From positions 4,664 to 68,663 of the forward strand of contig JAXMJU010000179.1 of the NCBI GenBank assembly GCA_034376265.1: a DNA stretch of 64,000 bases. The letters are read 5' to 3'. The translations under genes were made by a program, and so were the position numbers. The DNA comes from Sulfuritalea sp. GTDB lineage: Bacteria > Pseudomonadota > Gammaproteobacteria > Burkholderiales > Rhodocyclaceae. Below are positions 8,996-16,247 of the stretch, piece after piece (within the stretch, counting starts at the first letter, position 1; every line of letters begins with the position of its first letter). The notes under the pieces are model-generated. The model was not told the DNA's origin and did no database searches. It saw only the letters and a list, made by a program, of their open reading frames with translations.

Positions 8996-10069
8996 CTATT
9001 GATTTGGCGTCTTGACCGCCGCCGGACGCCCTTCCGCAATGACCACGTCCGCATTCTTGCGCAGCGAGGCGACGAAGTCCTTCCAGACCTGATCCCGCTT
9101 TTCGCGCATTGCCAGTTGTTGCGCGCGCTCCTTGACCTGCTCATAGGCGCGCAGGGTCGCCGGTGTTCGCTCATCGACCCGGAATATTCCTATTCCCTCC
9201 AGAACCCGGACAGGCTCACCGACCTCGCCGTTCTTGTAGCTTCCCAATGCAGCCTGGACTGCATCCGGCAGCATTCCCATGTGTACGTAGCCCATGTCGC
9301 CGCCTTGTGCGGAACTGGGATCGGAGGAAACCATGCGGGCGATGTCCGCAAAGTTCGCCCCGCCCCGAATCCTGCGTACTATGGCTTCCGCCTCGGCGAT
9401 CGCCGCATTCCAGACCGAAACCGACGACGAGGGATCCACGCCGAGGAGAATCGCATGCACCCGCAGGCGTTCGGGCTCGGTAAACAACTCGGGCTTCGCC
9501 AGATAGAAAGCCCTCACCTCGTCCGCCGACATGCTGACAGCATCACGGACCTGCGTTTCGAGTTGGGCGACCCGCACCTGCTCCTCGAGTTCACCGCGCA
9601 ATTGCGGCAGGACGCGTTCCCGGTCCCGCTGCCATTCCGGCGACCGCGCATTCTGCTGCTCGAAGGCGTTTACCCGCCGATCGATTTCCTCGCGATTCGC
9701 CTGGATTCCGCGTCGCGTGGCTTCTTCGCTCAGCAGTATGCTATTGACAATATGATCGGTGACTACTTCCCGCGCCTTCAGCAAGTCTTCGTCGGGCACG
9801 CGGCCGTGATAGTACTTGGTTCGCAGGTAAGCGCCAAAGGCGGCGTGAAACTCCCCCTGGGTCACGCGCCGGGAATTCACCCGGGCGAAAAGGCCCGGTT
9901 CGATGGCCGGCGCAGGAGCAGACATGCTGGCCGCGGAAGCGGCCGTTCCCGGCGCCGCGATGGCGGAAGAAGCCTGTCCCGTCGCCTGCCCAAGTACCGG
10001 CGAGGAAAGGGCAAACATCACGAGCGCGCCGAATCCGGCAAGCGTTGGACCGGAAAGCCGTTTCATCAA
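8996..10069 (-). CDS. SurA/PrsA-like PpiC (parvulin) peptidyl-prolyl isomerase
   Basis: Signal peptide; SurA_N-like region ARVN..; RVHAILL..FADIARMVSSDPSSAQGGDMGYV..VGEPV rotamase motif. Confidence 0.9.
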   Translation of the reverse strand: MMKRLSGPTLAGFGALVMFALSSPVLGQATGQASSAIAAPGTAASAASMSAPAPAIEPGLFARVNSRRVTQGEFHAAFGAYLRTKYYHGRVPDEDLLKAREVVTDHIVNSILLSEEATRRGIQANREEIDRRVNAFEQQNARSPEWQRDRERVLPQLRGELEEQVRVAQLETQVRDAVSMSADEVRAFYLAKPELFTEPERLRVHAILLGVDPSSSVSVWNAAIAEAEAIVRRIRGGANFADIARMVSSDPSSAQGGDMGYVHMGMLPDAVQAALGSYKNGEVGEPVRVLEGIGIFRVDERTPATLRAYEQVKERAQQLAMREKRDQVWKDFVASLRKNADVVIAEGRPAAVKTPNQ

Positions 10070-10153
10070 TAATTTCCTCCTGGTGGGCGCGCTTGAATTC
10101 CAAGCCGCGGGTAGACAATCTTAAAGCGAATGGGTTTCATGCACCATGCAGCG

Positions 10154-10181
10154 AAAAAAAAGCCCCACGAACTCGCGGGGC
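10154..10181 (-). terminator. Intrinsic terminator after the OmcE-like gene
   Basis: Minus strand GCCCCGCG-AGTT-CGTGGGGC followed by T8. Confidence 0.8.
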
Positions 10182-10274
10182 CTTGTGGTACTTGGTGAAG
10201 CCAGGGCGGTATGTCAGCCGGCCATCGCTATTTGACAATCCATACCGCTGCGATGGCCGATCTTTTGCCGCCGA

Positions 10275-11093
10275 TTACTTGTTGTGACAGGTGAGGCAGA
10301 CCGCGCTGGCAGCATTCGTCTTTCTCAGGAAGGTGCCGTTCGTCGTATTGTGCGGATCATGGCAGCTGCCGCATTCGACGAAATAGTCGCTGTCCCGGGA
10401 ATACAACTGGATGTCGGCCTTGTCCCGCTTGCTGTTTGAGTTGCCGTCGAAGTAGGCGATCGTGTTGGCGGACATGGTTACCGGTGCATTGAAGTCCGCG
10501 TCGGCACAGGCGGTCAGGACACCTACGCCACCCGCAAGGCTCATGCCGCCACCACAATAAGGCACCTGGATCGGGTGATCGTTGGTCAGGTCTACGCCCA
10601 AGTTGGCGACCGAAGTCTGAACGATCTTGCCGTCAGCCGTGGCGCTCCAAGTGTAACCCGCGGCGCTATAAGCCCGAGTGCCGGTCGAAACGCCGCCGCT
10701 GCCCGGAATGTTGATCAGGACGTCCATCGCCTGCGAACCATCATGACAGGAAAGACAGGCGAGGGACACGCCGCCGGTCGTCACCGTACCATCCATGGTC
10801 GAGGAGTTGGTCTGGCTATACGTCGTCAGCGCGGAAGGGCTCACCGCCTTGTTCCACAGTGGCGCATTGACGTTGCTGTTCGATGCGTGCGGCGTATGAC
10901 AGAACACGCAGATTTCCGGATCGCCGTTGGCGCCCGTACCGGAGACCTTGTTGCCCGCAAGGCCGCCTGATGTAAGGTCATGCTTGGAACCGGCGATCCC
11001 CGCTTGCACTCCCATGGACATCGCCGACAGCAGCAACGCCCCTCCCAAACCGAGCAGATATCTGCCCAAGAAACTACTCAAACGCTTGTCCAT
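10275..11093 (-). CDS. OmcE-like tetraheme cytochrome c (candidate filament subunit)
   Basis: ATG 11093 six nt after AGGAGG; signal ending VQA; KHDL..ICVFCHTPH..PLWNK..SLACLSCHDG..NLGVDLTNDHPI..ECGSCHDPH..FLRKTNAASAVCLTCHNK matches the OmcE motif order as I recall it. Confidence 0.88.
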   Translation of the reverse strand: MDKRLSSFLGRYLLGLGGALLLSAMSMGVQAGIAGSKHDLTSGGLAGNKVSGTGANGDPEICVFCHTPHASNSNVNAPLWNKAVSPSALTTYSQTNSSTMDGTVTTGGVSLACLSCHDGSQAMDVLINIPGSGGVSTGTRAYSAAGYTWSATADGKIVQTSVANLGVDLTNDHPIQVPYCGGGMSLAGGVGVLTACADADFNAPVTMSANTIAYFDGNSNSKRDKADIQLYSRDSDYFVECGSCHDPHNTTNGTFLRKTNAASAVCLTCHNK

Positions 11094-11150
11094 GACCATC
11101 CTCCTAAATTTGGGAACCAAGACCAGTGATTCAGTTCTACGCCCACTATC

Positions 11151-11168
11151 AAGCACTTTGTGTGCCAG
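11151..11168 (-). promoter_or_regulatory. Sigma54 (-24/-12) promoter
   Basis: Minus strand CTGGCACACAAAGTGCTT: TGGCAC-N5-GTGCT with exact GG-N10-GC spacing, about 60 nt upstream of the OmcE-like start. Confidence 0.72.
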
Positions 11169-11230
11169 CATTCGGTATCTAGAACTGAAGTAGTATCGGT
11201 CGGCAATTGATCACGAAACTTGTGCCTAGT

Positions 11231-11246
11231 CGTGACATTAGTCACA
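11231..11246. promoter_or_regulatory. CRP/FNR-family-like palindrome or activator site
   Basis: CGTGA-CATTAG-TCACA (9/10 to TGTGA-N6-TCACA; perfect GTGAC-N4-GTCAC) about 65 bp upstream of the sigma54 site. Confidence 0.5.
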
Positions 11247-11390
11247 CAGCCAGACGGCCTTGGCACGGCGACACCGGCCACCACGTCTATTTGCATTGAG
11301 TCTGCCGCCGGGCGCAACACCAGAATCGAGAAAATATTCCCGAAGGCAAGAAACCAAGTAATGCACTCGGCAATTATGTTTTGGCGGACC

Positions 11391-12512
11391 TCACTTGGTC
11401 TTTTTTGCGCTGCCAAGGAAGCCATCGGTGGGTTTCATGGCATAGGGCCGAAACACGTCGACCCGGGAGAACCATTGATCGACGAAGTAGATGCGATCAT
11501 TCTCGTCGACCGTTATTCCTGAAGGCAGCATGTAGCCGGCGGGAACATCCTTTTCCGAGCGGTCGCCGACGAACATCAGCAATTCTCCGTCGGCGTTGAA
11601 CACCTGAAAGTTGCCGAAGGCGGAATCGGCGACATACACGTTGCCGATGGAATCGACCGCAACTTCCTTGGGCCGCGCGAAATCACCGAGTTGTTTACCG
11701 GCCTGGCCGAAGCTCTTGATGAACTTGCCGTCCTTGTCGAATATCTGTACGCGGAAATTACCGCCATCGACGACATAAATCCGCCCATCCTTGCCGACCG
11801 CCACATCGCGCGGCAGATTGAACTCACCGGGATTGGAACCACGCTTGCCGATGTCAAAAAGGTGCTGCCCATTTCGCGTATCGAAGACCCTGACCCGATG
11901 CTGATCGGAAGACACGCCGCCGATATCGACCACGTAGATGCGGCTGCCGTCCGGGCTCACGGTAACGCTGGACAGACGCTTGAACATCTTCGCTTCCCCT
12001 ATTCTGCGCAGGAACTTGCCTTCGATGTCAAATACCATGATTTGATTGCGGGTCGCATCGGCGACATATACGGTGCCGCTCCGATCCACATCGATGCCAA
12101 GCGGTTTCAGTACCGTGTTTTCCACGTCGGAGTCGCCGATCAGGTAATGCTTTTGGCCGGGAACATCGAACACGCGAACCATCCGGGCGGCAGAATCGGT
12201 TACCAAGACCTTGCCGCGATATACCGCTACCGCATAGGGCTTCACCAGAGGCTGGTTTTCGACGCTGGCCACTCCGGTCAACGCGCGCCTTAATGCACCT
12301 TCGTCGGTTTCCGGGGTGACATCGGCGCTGCCGCGTATGGTCCGCTCAAAAACAAACCTGGGTTCATCCGGGGGCTGTGGAAATACCAGGTTCCTCGCAG
12401 CCCGGCCCACCTGACTCATGTCGCGCTTTTGGATCGCCACGCAGCCCGCGAGCGAACCCAGCGTCGCCAGGATGAGAATCGAGCCGCCGAGCCGGGAAAA
12501 AGATGATTTCAT
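11391..12512 (-). CDS. NHL-repeat beta-propeller lipoprotein
   Basis: Lipobox LAGC (start 12512, alternative 12536); GSNPGEFNLPRDVAVGKDGRIYVVDGGNFRVQIFD repeats; paralog of 1236..2324. Confidence 0.9.
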   Translation of the reverse strand: MKSSFSRLGGSILILATLGSLAGCVAIQKRDMSQVGRAARNLVFPQPPDEPRFVFERTIRGSADVTPETDEGALRRALTGVASVENQPLVKPYAVAVYRGKVLVTDSAARMVRVFDVPGQKHYLIGDSDVENTVLKPLGIDVDRSGTVYVADATRNQIMVFDIEGKFLRRIGEAKMFKRLSSVTVSPDGSRIYVVDIGGVSSDQHRVRVFDTRNGQHLFDIGKRGSNPGEFNLPRDVAVGKDGRIYVVDGGNFRVQIFDKDGKFIKSFGQAGKQLGDFARPKEVAVDSIGNVYVADSAFGNFQVFNADGELLMFVGDRSEKDVPAGYMLPSGITVDENDRIYFVDQWFSRVDVFRPYAMKPTDGFLGSAKKTK

Positions 12513-12580
12513 TGATTTGCTCCGATGGTTGTTCATACGTTCAAGTTGCTGCACAGCGCCCCATGGTCATTTCGCCCTTG

Positions 12581-13369
12581 CTACTTGTCGTGACAGGTCA
12601 GGCAAAGTTTGCTGCCGTCATTGGCCACTCGCAGAAAAGTTCTCGCCTGGCTATGCGGATCATGGCAACTGCTGCATTCGATATAGGGAACGATCGGGCC
12701 ACGGACATCAAGCTCGTCGTCCTCCTCGCTTGCACCCTCGCGACGCCCATAAAGTGGCAAATCAGCACGGGTGCGACGCGCCGTCACGCCGTCCCTCGAA
12801 ACCCACCAAACCGCCCTGCCTTCAATCAAGCCTTGGCTGGCATCGCGAAAATCGTCCACCGCCGTGAGATGCTCCGCAGCCTTGAACGGTTGCGCCGAAC
12901 TGCCTCGGTATGTTTGAGTGGAGCGGCCGGTATGCTTGATGGCTCCACGGTACGGCACTCCGTAGGGGTGATCCGCCGAGGTGCGGCCCAGCTCGAACGC
13001 CTGGTTGGAATCATGGCAGGACAGGCATGCGACCGATTGCGAACCAACCGATGGCTTGCCTAGCCCCAGACGGCCAATATCGTCATAGATCGCGAACACA
13101 TGATCGGGGCCAAGCGACTGTTGCCATAACGGATGTCGGGAACCCGTGGTGCCGGTACTGCCGGCCGGAAGCTCTCCGATATCTATTGCCGGGGTGTGAC
13201 AGAAGACGCATACCGCTCGTTCGTTAACTGTTTTATCCCGCGAGCGGATCAAATTGTGCGGCGTCGCCCGAATATCCGCCACGGCATCGATCGTCATCAG
13301 CCCGCCCAGAGCAATCAGCGCCCATGACAGGAGCCAATTTGCGCGCAGCGACAGCGGCCCAAGCTTCAT
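12581..13369 (-). CDS. Second OmcE-like tetraheme cytochrome c (CxxCHTPA variant)
   Basis: Signal ending AVA-D; TPHNL..CVFCHTPA..PLW..CLSCHD..ADHPY..ECSSCHDPH..FLRVANDGSKLCLTCHDK. Confidence 0.88.
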   Translation of the reverse strand: MKLGPLSLRANWLLSWALIALGGLMTIDAVADIRATPHNLIRSRDKTVNERAVCVFCHTPAIDIGELPAGSTGTTGSRHPLWQQSLGPDHVFAIYDDIGRLGLGKPSVGSQSVACLSCHDSNQAFELGRTSADHPYGVPYRGAIKHTGRSTQTYRGSSAQPFKAAEHLTAVDDFRDASQGLIEGRAVWWVSRDGVTARRTRADLPLYGRREGASEEDDELDVRGPIVPYIECSSCHDPHSQARTFLRVANDGSKLCLTCHDK

Positions 13370-13591
13370 ACGGCTATTCGAACCCGATTGATGGAATCGC
13401 TAGGTACATATGGACGGCCACGAAAAACAGCATCTACCCCGCAACGGACCGAATAATCGGCCTCGGATAAGGGCAATACACCACTATCAGCCAATAAGAC
13501 TAACTCTTTCATTGAATTCCGATGTATCTCATTGTAGATTCAATTTTCCCTTGCCTGCCATCGATCAATTATTTGCTCGATACCAATTCTG

Positions 13592-13981
13592 CTACTGCCC
13601 TTGCACCATTCGCGTCTGGCCTTCCAAACTCGCAACCTTTCCCAGCATGTAATCAAGACCCGCCGCAGCCTGCGCATCGGAGATCGAAGCGTTGCCGCCC
13701 TTCGGCGGCATTCCGCCCTTGCCGCGCAGCACCGAATTCAAAAGATTTTGTCGTCCGATGGACAAACGCGGCTCCCAGTCCGCCTGATTGTCAATACGCG
13801 GCGCCATTGCGACGCCGTTGACGTGGCACAAGGCACAGTTCTGCAGGAAGACTTCCTGTCCTGTTGCCCTGTCTTTGGCAACCGCGATCCCCTCCATGGG
13901 TACAAGCGATACCATCCACACGGCCAGCGGAGCCAGGACCAGCAAAATCCGGAAAATGGCCAAATCCATTTTAATATGCAT
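13592..13981 (-). CDS. Cytochrome c5-like monoheme
   Basis: CALCH..APRI..W..GMPPKGG. Confidence 0.8.
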   Translation of the reverse strand: MHIKMDLAIFRILLVLAPLAVWMVSLVPMEGIAVAKDRATGQEVFLQNCALCHVNGVAMAPRIDNQADWEPRLSIGRQNLLNSVLRGKGGMPPKGGNASISDAQAAAGLDYMLGKVASLEGQTRMVQGQ

Positions 13982-14147
13982 TGCCCAGAATCTCCGCCAA
14001 GGACCACGGAGTACCGGCGGAGTAACGCAAGAATCACACCAAAGAATTTTTCAGGCGCGATACCTGCTTTCGCCATTGCCGCATCACATCGATTCGCTCT
14101 ACCATGCACGCCTTGCGCAGACAATTCCACGGAGCACCCCAAAGGCC

Positions 14148-15236
14148 ATGACCGCCATGCAATCTCGATTTTTTAGAATTTTTGCCATGCCGGCACTTGC
14201 CGCTATTGCATTGGGAACACTTGCTTCCTCGGAAGTGCTGGCAGGCAAGCATGATTCCAAAGGCGCCGACTCGAGGCCGGATGCGATTTACCATAATTAC
14301 TGCTCGGTCTGCCACGGCGACCGAGGTGACGGCCGCAGTCGTGCGCGAAACAGCCTGACTCCGCCGCCGCGGGACTTCACGAGCGCCGGGGAACTGAGCC
14401 GGGAAACGATGATCATCATCACCACGCACGGCAAGCCCGGCACCGCGATGGTAGGTTGGAAAACCCAGCTCAGCATTGCCGAGATCGAGAGCGTCGTCGA
14501 TTACATCCGCAAGACCTTCATGATCGTGGTATTAGATCCACGACTGCAGAAAGGTAAGGCAATCTACGCGCAGAACTGCATCGCCTGCCATGGCGCGCAG
14601 GGACAAGGCAGCAATTTGCCCATCGGCGGCTCGTTGCCGGCGCGTGACTTGGCCTCACCCCAGGCCCGTGCGGAGCTGACTCGAGAACGAATGGTCTCGT
14701 CGGTAACCAGCGGTAGACCTGGAACGGCGATGGCGGGATTTGGCGGTCGCCTTTCAGGACCGGACATCGAAGCCGTGGTTGACTATGTGCGTAGCGCCCT
14801 TATGGTCCCACAGACCAATATATCAGGCACCGATGCCCACGCCGGGCGCGAGGCTGGATCGAGGGCCCCGCTGCCAAAAGCGACAAAGGCATCCGGTGCG
14901 GACATGAAGCAACCGATGCCGAATGGACTGAAGGGTGATGCGGTTGCCGGCGGCCGCTTCTACATGGCGAACTGCGCGACCTGCCACGGAGTCACTGGCG
15001 ACGGCAAGGGCCCACGCGCTTATTTCATCAACCCGAAGCCGCGCAATTTCCTCGAGCCCGGGTTCATCTCGGCATTCAACAGGCCAGCGGTTTATGCCGC
15101 GACGGCAACCGGCCGCCTTGGAACCGAAATGCCCGCCTGGAGCAAGGTTCTCAGCGAGCAGGAACTTGCCAATGTCTCGGAGTTCGTGTTTCGGCGCTTC
15201 ATCCTGCCGGGGCAAAGATCAGCCAAGACCAAGTAG
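14148..15236 (+). CDS. Triheme cytochrome c (three class I c6/cbb3-III-like His/Met domains)
   Basis: Start 14148 or 14157 with signal; CSVCH..GKPGTAM; CIACH..GRPGTAM; CATCH..GRLGTEMPAW. Confidence 0.88.
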   Translation: MTAMQSRFFRIFAMPALAAIALGTLASSEVLAGKHDSKGADSRPDAIYHNYCSVCHGDRGDGRSRARNSLTPPPRDFTSAGELSRETMIIITTHGKPGTAMVGWKTQLSIAEIESVVDYIRKTFMIVVLDPRLQKGKAIYAQNCIACHGAQGQGSNLPIGGSLPARDLASPQARAELTRERMVSSVTSGRPGTAMAGFGGRLSGPDIEAVVDYVRSALMVPQTNISGTDAHAGREAGSRAPLPKATKASGADMKQPMPNGLKGDAVAGGRFYMANCATCHGVTGDGKGPRAYFINPKPRNFLEPGFISAFNRPAVYAATATGRLGTEMPAWSKVLSEQELANVSEFVFRRFILPGQRSAKTK

Positions 15237-15251
15237 TCGAAGCCTACCTGC

Positions 15252-16247
15252 ATGAGGGCGCTTGCTTTCGCCGCCATTTTGGCTGCGCTGCCATTTCAGG
15301 CGAGCGCAACGTCTTCGCGCGACTTGGTCGCGGAAGGCCGTCTGATCTATAACTTCCGCTGCTATTTTTGCCACGGATACTCGGGCAATGCCAAAACCGT
15401 GGCGGCAAGCTTTCTGGCGCCTCCTCCGGCTGATTTCACTGGCGCGTCCGAAACGACTCTGTCGGAATCAAAAATAGTCGCCACACTAAAGGATGGCAGA
15501 CGCGGGACGGCGATGAAGTCCTTCGCTTCGGTGTTGTCCGGCGATGAAATTAGAGCGGTGGCACGTTTTGTATTTGACGAGTTCGTTGTCAGGAAGGCCG
15601 CAAATACGCGCTATCACACCGCGGAAAATGGATGGCCGGATCACGAGCGCTATCGCCCCGCCTTCCCGTTTGCGACCGGTGCGATTTCACTCAACCAAGC
15701 CTGGGAGACGCTGAGCCCCGAGCAAGCACGTGGCAAACGGCTGTTTCTGGATACCTGCATCACATGCCATGACAGGGGTGCTTCCACCGATCAGGATATG
15801 GTTTGGGAAGCCCGGCCGCTGTCCTATCCACGCAACAATTTCTCCTATTCCACACCACAAAAAGTCGATGCGACGACCAGCGCCAGTCCCTACGCCCTGC
15901 ACGATATTCCGCCCAAGCTCAAGCGCCTGACCCGATTGGAAAAAAAAGGGGAGAAGCTGTTTCAATCAAACTGCGCTTTCTGCCATGCCGCCGACGGAAC
16001 CGGGAAGAACTGGATTGGAAGCTTTCTCGAGCCGCATCCGCGCAATCTTCGGGATACCGGATTCATGAGCCGGATCACCCGGCAGCGCTTCGTCGATGTC
16101 GTGCGCGAAGGCTTGCCCAATACTTCGATGCCGGCATGGAAAAGTGTCCTGTCCTCACAGGACATCAACGCCGTTGCAGATTACGTCAGTCGCGCTTTTC
16201 ATCCCCTGCGGACCGTCCCGGCAGATCCGCAGAATGCTGGCCGTTAG
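15252..16247 (+). CDS. Triheme class I cytochrome c
   Basis: Signal ending ASA; CYFCH..GRRGTAM; CITCH; CAFCH..GLPNTSMPAW. Confidence 0.88.
   Translation: MRALAFAAILAALPFQASATSSRDLVAEGRLIYNFRCYFCHGYSGNAKTVAASFLAPPPADFTGASETTLSESKIVATLKDGRRGTAMKSFASVLSGDEIRAVARFVFDEFVVRKAANTRYHTAENGWPDHERYRPAFPFATGAISLNQAWETLSPEQARGKRLFLDTCITCHDRGASTDQDMVWEARPLSYPRNNFSYSTPQKVDATTSASPYALHDIPPKLKRLTRLEKKGEKLFQSNCAFCHAADGTGKNWIGSFLEPHPRNLRDTGFMSRITRQRFVDVVREGLPNTSMPAWKSVLSSQDINAVADYVSRAFHPLRTVPADPQNAGR

Noticed and set aside
13551..13568. FNR-like half sites upstream of the second OmcE-like gene
   Set aside because: At best 7/10 match to TTGAT-N4-ATCAA; too weak to call
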